Source of the DNA: Sphyrna mokarran
Taxonomy: Eukaryota
Direction of reading: 5' to 3'
Assembly (NCBI GenBank): GCA_024679065.1
Contig: JAGIQG010000013.1
Location: 46,004,001 to 46,068,000, forward strand
Length of the DNA: 64,000 nt
The translations under genes and the position numbers were made by a program. How positions within the stretch are numbered: position 1 is the stretch's first letter; every line of letters begins with the position of its first letter. The notes under the pieces were generated by a model that was given only the letters and a program-made list of their open reading frames with translations, was not told the origin of the DNA and made no database searches. Positions 13,045 through 26,000 of this stretch are shown here, piece after piece.

Positions 13045-13750
13045 AAAGGGACAAAGAACAGTACAATGGAGAAACAGGCCCTTCGGCCCACTAAGTCTGC
13101 ACTGGAATATGATGCCTTTCTAAGCTAAAGACCTTTTGCCCCTGTACCTGGTCCATATCTCTCTATTCCCTGCCTATTTACCTATCTGTCTTAGAAAAAC
13201 TAAAGATTATCTTTCATCAGACATTTACAGACACAATTTCAGAAAGAAGTTAAGAATCAACAATGCTGAGGATCTAGAGTCACACGTAGACCCTGAAATG
13301 TTGCTATTGTATCCGTTTCTACTACTTCCTCTGGCAGTGCACCAAAGCACCTATTTGCCCTCTGTGTGTAAAAAAAACTTGCCTCATACATCTCCTTTAA
13401 CTTTCCTCTTTTAACTTTAAACTTATATCCCCCTTTAATTGACATTTCCACCCTGGAAAAACAGATTATCCATTCTATCCACACCTCTCATAATTTGGTA
13501 AATTTCTATCAGGCCACCCCTCAAACACTGATGTTGAAATGAAAACAAACCAAGTTTGTCCAATCTCTTCTCACAGTTAATACCATCCAACCAGGCAACA
13601 TTGTGGTAAACTTTTTTTTGTACCTTCTCCAAAGCCTCCACAACCTTAGTGTCACAACCAGAACTGTACACAATATTGCAAATAAGGCCTAACTAAAGTT
13701 CAATGCTTCTGCAACATGACATGTCAATTTTTATACTCTATGCCCTGATT
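13045..13750 (-). mobile_element. CR1 LINE 3' fragment
   Basis: VEALEKVQKK, LDKLGLFS, LRGGLIEIYQIMRGVDRMD, FFYTQR; tail near 13050. Confidence 0.9.
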
Positions 13751-14281
13751 AATTCCAGATTATTCATTCAGTTTAAATTCTACTAACTGTTGCGGTGGGA
13801 TTTGAAAATTTACCTTTGGGACATCAGTCTGTTCTTCTGGATTACTGATCCAGTCACTAATCCAGCATTGTCTAATGTTTTCACATCAGAAAATTAACTC
13901 TAATCTAGTATGGATGGAGAGACATGTTGGGTAGCTTCCCCTTTTCTGGTGAAAGAGAATTTATGCAAGTTTAAATCAAAAGAAAGAATAAATGTTTATT
14001 TCTGACAACATCTAAAAGGTCATTGAAACAAATGATCACTCTTCATACATATTACATATATACATCAAGAAAAGTTCATTTTAAAAATGTCACATGCACT
14101 TAAATTATTTATGGCGTATAACAAATAGGTCACTTATTTTAACCGTCCACAAAGTGATGGGTGGAACTTTGCAGGCCTGCAAATTTCCCTTTTGATAATG
14201 GAAAACAAAGGAGGTTGAAAGGTTATCACTTTTCCTGCAAACCCATTGTTGTTTTCCTGTTCTAAGAAACTGTAACCCTAT

Positions 14282-14613
14282 TGTTAAAACAAATTAGCTG
14301 CATTTCACTGCCTCAGATGACTTTTATTTCAAGACAGAGTCCAAACTTGTACTGTGAGACTGATGGCTTCCCCCTGGTCATCATCTCCCAAAACCGATTC
14401 ACTGGGCTACAATTGTGGATCATATGATATTGGCTATCTCCAGTCAGTTTCAGTTATGCGACAACAGCATCATTGTCCACAACATGAGTTGATGGAAGAT
14501 GCAATTGAAACATAATAGAGAATTAATTGCATCCCATCAATATTCCAGCCATCAGTAGCTTGCTGGGTCTCTTTATTTGAAATCTAATGTTCATGGGTCC
14601 CGTAAATCTAACA
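14282..14613 (-). mobile_element. Solo LTR-like repeat (copy 2)
   Basis: TG...CA ends, AATAAA near the 3' end on the minus strand, near-TSD ctat/gtat; homologous to 10537-10875. Confidence 0.6.
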
Positions 14614-16078
14614 GTATAAGTCTCTTCAGTTGAAATGAAGAGGCCAGTCATCAAACCTGGGAAGGCCATTTACATTTTAATGACTTTCCAAAGACATGTC
14701 CTGACATAAGTTCATCCCTGCCTGTACATAAACACAAAACATGTCACCTGACCAGCCTAGAATCCATTTTGTGAAGGTAATTGTCCATATTTCAAGTTAC
14801 CTTTTCAATAAAGTGTCAATCTTCCAGAGACATTTTACAGTCATAGGACGTGACTGTGCCATTATATTGATCATTATAGCAGAACAAAATGCATACTGAA
14901 ATGTTGCTGATGAAATCACTTAATTTACTGCAAGGTTCACCCAAGGACTGCAACTATAAGATTGCCTGAAGCATTTCAAGGTGTAATCAAACATAAGTTT
15001 CATTTTACAGTAAAATTGACAAAATAGCTTGCTTGGAACTCCCAGAAATAAAATATTTTTGATAGATTTCAAGATCAGATGATGCAATGAGTTAGAAAGC
15101 ATTTTGTACAATCATTTCTAGATTAGTGAGAATTCCACACAGGCAGAGGGAATGACATAGACCAATCCTGGTTTGGTGTGTTATTGACATCAGGACTATT
15201 AATGCAATAAAGTATTAAGTTATGGACAGAGTGTTTCCTAACTTCGGTACATCATACAGCTACAACCACACTCATAAGTGAATCAGGGGCATGCCAATCA
15301 GAGTAATGTCTGCAAGAAGTACAGAGAAGTCTGCATAGCTGTACAGGTCACAGATAATGTGAAGAAATACTTGCAAATACAGAAAAATAGAAAAATCAAA
15401 CAATGCCTCACTCCTTATGGTTCAGAGTTCTTGTTTACCGAAAATACTAATGCTAATCGTGGTTTCCAGTTTATTTCATTGACACTCTTTTGCATATATT
15501 GCTAGTTTAGAAAATACAGATGGCACAATCATCTCTGGTCTGCAGTCACACATTCATCAAATTAAATAGTATTTCTTAATATGCAGAAAATGCCCCATTA
15601 CATTTACAGCCCTGAGCTAACAATAAATAAAAGGAGACATTAAAACTCACGGTCATATAGTTAACTGCTATACAGCACAGCATCTTGATATCTAGAATAA
15701 ATTGGAGGCATTGATATTTTATCGCCAGCTGTTCCAAAGCTAGAAACTATATAGACCACTAGCCAGCTGTATACTTCTGGGAGCGAGGGGACAAAAATGA
15801 ATTGTGCCACAAACTGACACAACTAGGCTATACTGCAAAAGAAAGTGACCATTGCTGGTTTAACAAAATATCAAAATTAATGCCAGCTTCTGACATGGAA
15901 CATGTATCCCTTTCTTTTCTTCATGAAGAGTTCAGAAGTCTCAATAATACACACAATGAAATTCAATGAAAGTATTGCTTTGCTTGAAAGCAGCTGGAGA
16001 TTATTCAGTTATTCTGCCTTTTGATGCTTTACTTTTCTATGTCAGGAAACTTGGTTAGCTCTGCTGTTATACTTGCAT

Positions 16079-16396
16079 TGAATCTCTACAGTGCAGAAGG
16101 AGGCCATTCAGCCCATCAAGTCTGCACCAACGATAATCACACCCAGGCCCTATTCCAGTAACTCACATATCTACCCTATTAATCCCCCTGACACTCGGAT
16201 CAGTTTATCATGGCCAATCAACCTAAGCCACACATTTTTGGACTGTGGGAGGAAACTGGAATATCCAAAAGAAACTGAAGCAGGCACACAGAAAATGTGC
16301 AAACTCCACACAGACAGTGATCTGTGGCCAGGATTGAAGCCTGGTCCCTGGTATTATATGGCAGCAGTGCTAACCACTGTGCCACCGTGCTGCCCC
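16079..16396 (-). mobile_element. HE1-type SINE
   Basis: gcagcagtgctaaccactgtgccaccgtgctgcccc (reverse complement of the tRNA-like head) and ctacagtgcagaaggaggccattc tail. Confidence 0.92.
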
Positions 16397-18079
16397 GGTC
16401 TTCAGATCTATGTTGTGCTTACCGTACATTGTGCATTACAGAATCTCAGTGTATCACAATAGGGACCTGCTAATTTGTTATACAGCATTGTAGGTACCAC
16501 TAGTAAAGCTCAGTATGATATTCTAGCAGTTTCTGGACAGATTCAGTCACTGCAGTTTGGTTTTGTGGATGGTTTATAGAGCAGCATCATTTTCTATTAT
16601 TAATTGCTATGCAATATTATAGAGATTGTTCTGATGCTGTTAGAGTTCATTAAAATTTAAAGAGAAATCCTAACACCCACCATTAACTGACAGAAGTATA
16701 CAACAAAATTCCATATTCTTAAGTGAAAACACATTTTATTAGATATTAAAATAAAAATGTGCAATATTAACTTAATGTGAAAATGTATAATTGATTATGC
16801 GATGAACCCAGGTCAACTCACCCTCTGCCACAAGTTTTCTTACATACTAGAGAAACTTGAAAGTTCACTCACTTCTGTAGGGACCAACCGATTACGTATG
16901 CCACAGCACTCTGGAATTTACTTTTGATATGTTTAGTATTCCAGCTATTCACCAAGGTAATTATTATATGAATCCTTCCATGAGCTGTTTTCCGATATAA
17001 CCTTCCAACTTTTCTTCAGTACTTCATAACTGTGCGTGTCTCAGTTCCTTGCTCCAATTGTTGGCAGCTACCCAACTGCCTTCTCACAGCTTCCGAGCTA
17101 ACTCTTAATTCTGATTTTTATCACAAGGGTCTGCGATGACCATTGTAGATTACTTCCTCCAGCAGCAAACTTTTCCAGTCATCCTTTCCTCACCAAATAC
17201 AGAATGAGTCTGTTCCTGAGCTGTATTCCACATGGTACAGGTTAATATTTTCTCGGCTTAACATTAAAGCCTGACTAACAGTTATCCCCTGTTGGCTCTC
17301 TCAATCTAGTGAAATACAGTATTCACCAAAGCAAAACTGCAACTATCTGATTTCTGAGTAAATGCCCTGATAGCTGAAACAAAGAACTTACAACCCCAAT
17401 AACCCATCTCTCAGACAATATGTCATGCTTTGGGCTGGTCTTAAACAGAAATACAAATTAAATGCTTTACCACTGTCATAAATCAGCTCCACCAGGTAAG
17501 AATTAATTATAAACATTTTTTAAACGATCAACTATTTACAGGGTGATGAAATTTCAATGCTCCCAGACATCACTCTAGGATCTAACTGTTGAGACAAGTC
17601 CAGATAGGTTGGCTGAAGCCCCAAATCAGTTACTGATTGTCAGTCCAATTTGTCTAACCCTTTCAGAATATCTCCTTTTAAAGGGTCAGATGTCACAACC
17701 ACCAACACAATTTGATTCTGTAGTCCATATGAACAATTGTATTTCTAATGGATGTAATTACCATCCCTATAGATTTGTGTTATTTATCAAGGAACCTACT
17801 CCCAGTCTCTTTTCATCTGGCCATGCATCAATAATTTAAACCTATTGTACACTTTATGGCACTACTACATCACAAAAAAAACAGACAGGCACAGTATTTA
17901 TCAACCAATTACTTACTCATCTTCAAATCTCATGTAAAATAATGAGCAATTGTTAGGTTTTATGAGTTATGGGAAGGTTTCGCAGCAGTAATAAAGGTTA
18001 TTGGGGGAGGGAGTGGTGGGATAGTAGTGTTTATTAATCATAAATTAATGAATAAAAATAAATTAATTCATATTTGATT

Positions 18080-18720
18080 ATGATGGAGGGGCAGGTGATA
18101 TGTTGTGACTGTAGAATGCGGAAGCAACTAAATGCTAATACAAACTTTGTGGTTTGACGATCTTTGGCTCAGTATCATTGAGCTGCAGGCCAAGCTTCAG
18201 ACACTGCAATGCATCACAGAAAGGGAAAGTTACCTGGATACTCTGTTTGAAAGGGCATTAGCACCTCTTTGGATAGGGTCTTCTGATTTAGTCAATGGTA
18301 ATGGACAGGAGGTTGTGACGGCAGGTAAGACTCAGAGATAGAAGTAGAGAAGCCTCAGCCAGTCCAACAGATTCAAGGAAACTTCAAATTATATGAATGA
18401 AAACAGTAACTGCAGGGTGGATGAGAGAACTGACCATGGCACTATGGTACAGGAAGCCATTCAAACTGAGATAATTAATTGGACTATTGTGATAGTTGGG
18501 GACATTATAATCATGAGGATAGATACAGTTCTCTGCAGCTAACAGTGAGAGTCCAGATGGCTGACTTACTTGCATGGGTCCTGGAATCAGAACAAGTGTT
18601 CTGGATTAGAGAGGAACTTGCAGTGGGAGAATCCAGTGGTCATGGTCCATGTAAATGCAAACTGGATAGAATTAAGAAAAATGGTTCTGCTGAGGGAGTA
18701 TGATCAGTCAAATCAGGTGC
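18080..18720 (+). mobile_element. CR1 ORF1 remnant (zinc finger/leucine zipper + SGNH esterase)
   Basis: MEGQVICCDCRM.., LWLSIIELQAKLQTLQCITERESYLDTLF, VIVGDII..RIDTVLC, ENPVVMVHVNAN. Confidence 0.8.
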
Positions 18721-18809
18721 ATGCCCACACGACATTGCTAGAGATTTCTGGCACTAACTATCAGGATATTGTTTCATATCCAATTCTCAATAGAATAAGA
18801 AACAGATGC

Positions 18810-19040
18810 ATAGCCACCCGCCCACAATAGACTATCAGGGAACAGACATGTCCCTATTTCCATAATGCCACAAGGGATCAAATAGATCTCCACCCACCTG
18901 TAAAAGACTGCCAGAGATCAGACATGTATCCACCCACCTGCACCTGCTTGCCAGAATAAATGTCCACCAGTTACAATGGAACCACTGGGAAACAGATACA
19001 TTTTCACCCACAAACACTAGACTGCCAGAGAATAGACACA
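18810..19040. repeat. Degenerate minisatellite
   Basis: Recurring cacccac..gactgccagaga..agacatgt units. Confidence 0.55.
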
Positions 19041-20027
19041 AATGAAACAGTAAAGCACCATTTATCAGTTACATAATCCTTCACCACATCACACAAAATC
19101 TAACATAGACTGTAAAGGATACACTACAGAATTACCATTTTTGTTTAAATGTGGTTCCACTTTTGTTGAGATTCCAGTGATGTCAAGCACCATGATAGCA
19201 TATGTGACATTTGAAACCTTTAGACAGGACAAAGAAAACAGCACAAGACATACACAGAAGAACATTTCAACTACCCTTATATTGCTCTGACGTGGGCTTT
19301 GGCATTCCATAAGCCTTTTTGTACTGGAACATTTTCCCAGTTGTAATAAAACCATTTAGCCCCTAACCCTCATTCATCACACCATCTCACTCTCAATCCA
19401 TCTCATCGTTCCTCATGTCCTCCTGGCCTCATCGTGCATGCTTGGCTGTGAGTCAGACCAATATAAGCATTAGCTCAGCAGCAAATCCGTTTCAACAAAA
19501 TGGACTGTGCAGCGTAAGTGGTTACTTATAAATATGTGAAATGTTACTGAGACTGAATACCTCATCATGATCGTGCTCTCTCTTGTAGGCCTCATGGCAA
19601 GGAAGCCTGCATGCAGTAATGTTCCAACAATGATGAACCATTAGTCATGAAGGAAGTGGGCTAACACCATGAAAATTTGAAATGGGAGGCAGCTAGGAAA
19701 TGCCTATCCCAAAAATGGAGCCAGCCAGATCAGGAGTGCATCGTGTAGAATTGGCTTGTGCTGGTGAAAATCGACAGTACCAGAAATAAAGGTGGAACCC
19801 TCAATTAGACCCTTCCTCCACTTTTTAAATGGCACTGGGGTTATTCCTAGCATCTGCAAAAATATAGCCCATGGATATCTAAATCTCAATGCCCCTCCAC
19901 AACTCCTATTCTCTCACCATTAAGAAAACATCACGATTTACTTTCTCCAAGTTATAATTTCATATTTTTCCACACAAGACTCTATCTGCCACATCTTCAC
20001 ACACTCAATGAATTTTTAAAAAATTAA

Positions 20028-20342
20028 AGAATTCCTACAGTACAGAAGGAGGCCATTTGACCCAACGAGTCTGCATTAACCACAATCCCATCCAGGCCCT
20101 ATCCCTGAAACTCAACATATTTACCTAGCTAGTCATCCTGACATTAAGGGGCAACATACCATGGCCAATCAACCTAACATGCATACCTTTGGACTGTAGG
20201 AGGAAACAAAAGTGTCCAGAAGAAATCCATGCAGACACAGGGAGAACATGCAAACCCCACATAGATAGTGACCCAAGGCCAGAACTGAACTCAGGTCCCA
20301 CGCGCTGTGAGGCATCAGTGCTAACCATTGCACCAGCATGCC
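20028..20342 (-). mobile_element. HE1-type SINE
   Basis: gctgtgaggcatcagtgctaaccattgcacc head (reverse complement); ggactgtaggaggaaac core. Confidence 0.92.
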
Positions 20343-23089
20343 ATTCATGGAATGCAGGTGTTGCTGGCTGGTCAGCATATATTGCCCATCCCTAATTGCC
20401 CTTGAGAAGGTAATGATGATCTTATCCAAAACTCTATTGCTTAGATTCTATTTTTCACCAAGTCCCACTCCCAACTGAAAGTCAGTAAACTTGCCATAGT
20501 CCCAGATAACCCTCGACTGCTCCCCCACTTTGAAGTGGAGAGCTGACTGGTGGTGATTTAACCTGTGGCTCACCAACCTTAGGCTTTCATGAATAGGCTC
20601 AGCCAGTACAGAAATTGAACCTGCGTTGTTGGCCACCGCTCTGCAACATGAACCAGCTATCCAGCCAGCTTACTGACTCCTTCATTCACAATTAATCCCG
20701 TGCAGACTAACCTACATCGGAAGCACTTCAATTTTAAAATGCTCATTGTTATTTTCAAATCCCTCCACGTCTTCACTTCTCCACGTCTTTATTACCGCCT
20801 TCAGATTTCTGAACTCACCTAATTTTGGCCCTTTCCCTGATTTTAATCGAGACACAGTTGAAAATTATGCTTGTATTCAGTTTGGAAGCTTTGGAATTGC
20901 CTTCTTAAACCTCTCTACCTTTCTCCTCTTCTTTAAGATGTTCCTTTAAAATCTAACTTTTTAATCAAAGGTTTGGTTTCAACATCTCCTTATGTGATTT
21001 GGTACCATATTTGGTCTGACAACACCCCTATGAAATGTCTTGGGAATATTTTATCATATTGAAGGGTTAGATTAATGACAGTAGCAGTGTTGAAACAATT
21101 GAAACCAGCGTGATGTATACTTTCTATGCAAATTCAGGTAAGTTTTATTTTCCATATCTAATTCTAACTGACCTCAGTACCCACCATGCAATCGATAGGT
21201 AGCTTTCGTGGACATATAACAAGTAAACTAGGAATCCTCTAAGAGCACTGCTAGAGATTACCTCCTCAAATGTTTTACTTCTTTGAATGTGGAGCCAGGT
21301 AGAATTGTGAGCCGTATTAATTTTTACTGAACTATATTGGTGGGGTAGCAGTGGGGAAATCATTGTTTCAAATTTCTATTCTTGGTCTCACTTGAGGCTA
21401 GTTAATTTTGAGGCTGTGTCCTCTGGTTCTGTGATCAGTCGATTTGATATGTATGGGGAGTAGTTGACCTGTAGCTTTTCATATGACTGTGGATTGTTAT
21501 TTTACTGTAACCAGTATTTTACTCCCAACCACTGTTTCAAAAAATCTTGACAAAAGATTGTTATGTTATTTTACCAAGCTCATTTTTATCCCCCAGAGCA
21601 ATATTGTGTCCTATTAATATTTATCAAATCTAGCCTTTGATTTCAAAGTTAAAGTTTTCTCTTATTGTGTTATCTTGTTATTATGGCTTTGAAAATCCTT
21701 TCCAATTACCTTTACCATTTCCATGCCAACAGTTCTGGAAGTAGCAAAATGAAATTGCTCAAAGGATTTCTGTTATTTGCATCACAAAGAAATTCTCCAA
21801 GGACATAAAACTGTTGTGATATGTAGGCATCTACAAAGTGATCAGCTTATTAAAAAGACAGCGTTCCTTTTGTAATAAGGGTATGAAACATACTGCTAAC
21901 AAGACCAAAAAGGCCTACAGTCATGGAAGTATATCACAAATCCCATCTTAAAAGCTTAACCACTCTGTGCAACCTAAAGGGCACCTGACATTGATGAACA
22001 GATTGTACTATTTACAGCATATACAAGAAAAACAGCCGTGGAAAGGCAACAGTCATGGAAAGGCAGCAGCCATTAATCTCAGGACTGAGGCATGAAATCA
22101 ACAAGCCAGAATTGGAGGAGCATTGAATCCTCAGGGGGATGTGAGGCTGGAGGATGTTACAGAACTAGAAAGGTGTAAAGTCATAGAGGGATTTGAGCAC
22201 AAAAGTTAATATTTTAAATTCAAGGTTTAGGTGGACTGAGAGCTAAGGTGGGTCAATGGGCACAGATAATGCAACTGATGAAACAGGAAAGCCCATCATT
22301 ATTTCCTGGGTACCATTTTTATTATCTTTACCGCTACCACTGACAAAATGCCTTCTCTCGACTTCTTGGCCCCTTCCACTTTGCCTCACGAGGCCCATAA
22401 AAATCCCAGTCTCTTGTTACATATTGAATTTAGCACAGCTGAGCACATTGTGGTGGATTTTGACTTTTACTGTTGGATGCAAAATGGACAATACCAAATC
22501 AGCCATTTGGTCCACATAATGCTTGGTGTCCTTTCTAATGATGTCAACGAAGAAACAAAAATTGACCAGCTGTAAAACAAGTGACTAATCTGTTATCATC
22601 TGCTTTTACCCTGTGATAAACTGACAGTTCACTCCATTGTGTCCATATGATGAACTAAGATTCATGAAAAGACCCTAAATAGACTGATTAATTTGCAAAA
22701 GTATACAGGTAATTATTTTTGTTTAAATAGAACAAATATAAATAGACCTTGAAAATAGACTCTCCGTCACTGCTTGCTGAATCTGAGTTTTCATGCTTTG
22801 AAACTCAGAACAAATTTTGCATTCAATTTTCCCATTTTCTACACGGATTGATGAATACTGCATTGGGTTCCATGATGCATTACACAATATGTTTCATACA
22901 GAATATCCTGTAAACCTCCAGAGGTTTACTCTTGGTGAACCTTTTGAACACTACTGATATTCAGGTTTTGAGAAAAAACAGATTATATTTTACAACATAT
23001 TCAGATATTGAGAACTAAAACTAAGAACTACTTGAACAATCTGCGTGTACTCATCAAAACTGAAAGGTAGCATGGAATTAAAGTAATCA

Positions 23090-23390
23090 TAACAAATTGG
23101 ATTAAAATTGAATATATTACAGAAAACTGAGAATAGTTTCGACAGTTTTTAATATGCATAATGGTATCCCAAACAATGGACTTCTGGAGCATTACTGTTT
23201 ATGATATACATCAATGGTTTAGATTCTCAGCAGTGATGTCCAAGTTTGCAGAAGTTAAAGGCGAAACATTTAAGTGTTTAAAAGACCAAAGGAAGCTGAA
23301 AAAGAATATTGACAAGATACAGAGATGCAGCTTAGGGCAAATAAACTGGACACAGTGGGACTAAACATGACGAACTGTGCACTTCAACCT
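23090..23390 (+). mobile_element. Old CR1 reverse-transcriptase fragment
   Basis: Degenerate G(I)P..LLFMIYINGLDS..MSKFA(E), corresponding to GVPQG/LLFxIYINDL/SKFADD. Confidence 0.65.
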
Positions 23391-24059
23391 CCTGAATCAT
23401 GGCACTTGGTAACTCTATATTGATAATTTATCTTTGATCACTCTCTATCATTTCACTTGTACATAAGTTTGGTTGAACACCTCCTCTTTAAATGCTAAGC
23501 CACTTCCTAATTGCAATTCATAGCTAATTAAGAAAAGTTGTATTTTTCCTGTTTACACTGTCTGGCATGTTGTGCTGAAAATATAGCCAATCTTTTTTTC
23601 CACAAATTTCAAATAGGAAAATTGTGAATAATGTTTATTAACCCATATATAGCACATAAACAGCAGTTACATGCTACCATTATTTCACTTGTGACAGCAT
23701 ATTTGAAAATCTGTAACAGATAGCATTCTTACAAATTTATGATGCCATTTATATAATGATGCAGAATGTACACTATGAACGATCAGTAGTGATGGGACTT
23801 GAAAATGGCTTTTCAGACAGTTTTTCAAACAAAAGAGTGAGATAAGCATAATAAGTCTCAGAAACCTTTCAACCTGTACAGTGAAGCTAACTTCAGAGAC
23901 ATAAATGTCCACCAGGTTGCAACATTGATGGGTTGAATGCCAATATTTTAAAATACACAGATGACACTGCACTATACAGATTGCAAAATCAGAAGAAGCA
24001 CTGCAGGGAATTCTGAATAGAGTGTAAGGCAAGAAATGTGGAACATGGATTAAGAATAA

Positions 24060-25580
24060 ATATAACAATGAGTTAGACAATAGTAAGAAAGAAAAACTAA
24101 CCTCAGAAGTGAAAATTGACATGATTGTGTGATCTGAAGGAGAACTGAGATGGCCGAGGGCAGCTCTGTCAGAACGAGGGACATGTTAACGCCAAAGAAA
24201 CTGAGCCAAAAAAGTGTTGAGACACATATTTTGTCATCCATGTTATATGCCTCGGAGACATGGACAACAAATAGAGTCACCTGATCAGCTGAATACATTC
24301 TGATTCAGACCTATTGGAGGACATTTCACATTTCCACACAGACATAGAACTGAATGCTGGAGAAAAGAATTTAATGCATAACATTAAAGAGAAAAAAATA
24401 CAATATTTTAGTCACACCATTAGGGCAGATAGTAGAAGGAGATAATTTTTGGAAATAAAGATCAATGAAAAACCTGGGAGAGGAAAGCAGAGGAGTCAGT
24501 GGGTGACAGATACAATATCTGGGATTCTCCCCAAAATATTCTAAGTCCTCAATTCATGTGAAAATGAAGCATTGGTTTCTTTAGCATGATTTTCAGATTG
24601 AATCTCCAACACTCTTGAGCACTGCAGAGTGACTGTCAGGATTGCCTCTGAAAATCAGGGGGCAGAGCCTATTCCTGCTGATAAGGCCGACAGCATACTG
24701 CTAAGCGGGCCACAGCGCATGCGCAGATCTGTCAGAGCAGAGATCGGCGCATATACAGTAGCCCCACATTGCTGGCCTCCCGGTCTCTGGCCAGCCAAAA
24801 TCGCTGACCAGCCCCCAACTCCCATTATTGCCCCTCCAAACCCCCACTCCTTCTGAATCACTGGCCTCCTGGACCTCTCCAGACCAGCCTCGATTTCCTC
24901 GCAACCTCTGGCCAGCTCCGATCTCCCCGATCCCTGATCAGACTGATCTTCCGCAGCAACCCCCTCACTCGATTCCCAACCCCAGTCTGCAACCCCAGCA
25001 CCCAGCTTCCCCCCATTCCCCAGCAGCTCCAACACCATCCCCTTCCCCCACCACCTCCCAACCTGGATGATCAGCCCTGATCACTCCTTCTCTTCCTCTG
25101 CCAATGATATTCTGGCAGAGTGGCAGCGGGACCCCTTGCTCCTGCTGATAAATCCCCAATAAGCCCCCACCCCTTGGCACTTCCCAATGCCTGATGGGCA
25201 GTGCCAAGGTGCTCCTTGGGCATTTCCAATTTGCCCTTTGGGCAGTGGCAGGGAGGCAGATGCTGGCGGGCCTAGAGACTTCAGTCCCATGTTCATTAAT
25301 TCAACGTAAATGGGAAATTAAATATTGGAATCAGCTCCACTCCAATTACTGCCATGGAGCTAATTATTCTGAAAAGTTTTGCCACAGAGTTGTGCTGAGG
25401 CCAAGGCGTCCAGCAGGAGGCCTGCAAAATGATCTCCGCTGATGTCTCCCATGCCATCGCACTGCGAGAGCAGCACAGCCAGCCGGGGGAATCGCCCCCA
25501 ACGAATTAGATGCAGCTAAGCTATGTGGAAAGTACAGACAGAGGTAAAGACTCATGCAAGTCAACCATCTGGAAATAAAA
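24060..25580 (+). mobile_element. RTE-clade LINE 3' fragment interrupted by a MITE
   Basis: ILSSMLYASETWT; IKEKKIQYFSHTIR; KINEKPGRGKQRSQWV. An RTE-like tail resumes after 25500. Confidence 0.75.
24517..25499. mobile_element. GC-rich MITE (Harbinger-like) nested in the RTE LINE
   Basis: Termini atctgggattctcccc ... gggggaatcgccccc; flanks aat/aac. Confidence 0.75.
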
Positions 25581-26000
25581 TGATAGCAAGGAACAATGAT
25601 GTATATTGTTTAATTTGGGCCACTCTGAGTTCTAAATAGTATTCAAATCCAATGTATCCAGTTTATCAAAGGCAACTTTTTTTTTTAATTGGAGACCATT
25701 GCAGGTTATTTTCCACTTGCATTTAGAAATGGCTGAAATGTGTACAGATACTCACCATGTTATTTGACGTGATAAATAACACTCATGAGATTGCACAGAA
25801 GTTGGAAATCCAGAGTACAAGTGGGAATGAACCAGAAATCAGTCAACATCCAAAAGAGAAAAATAATATATTTAGCATAATCTTTCATTAGAATGGAATA
25901 TTCCTACCCAAAATATTAACATTCCTATTTTGCAGACAATGACCAAATTGCTGTGTGTTTCTGGTTTTTTCTCTATACCATATAATCCTTTGAAGTCTGT

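Noticed and set aside
25756-25903. Minus-strand exon candidate ending in a gtgagt donor
   Set aside because: Stops in all three frames and a weak acceptor.
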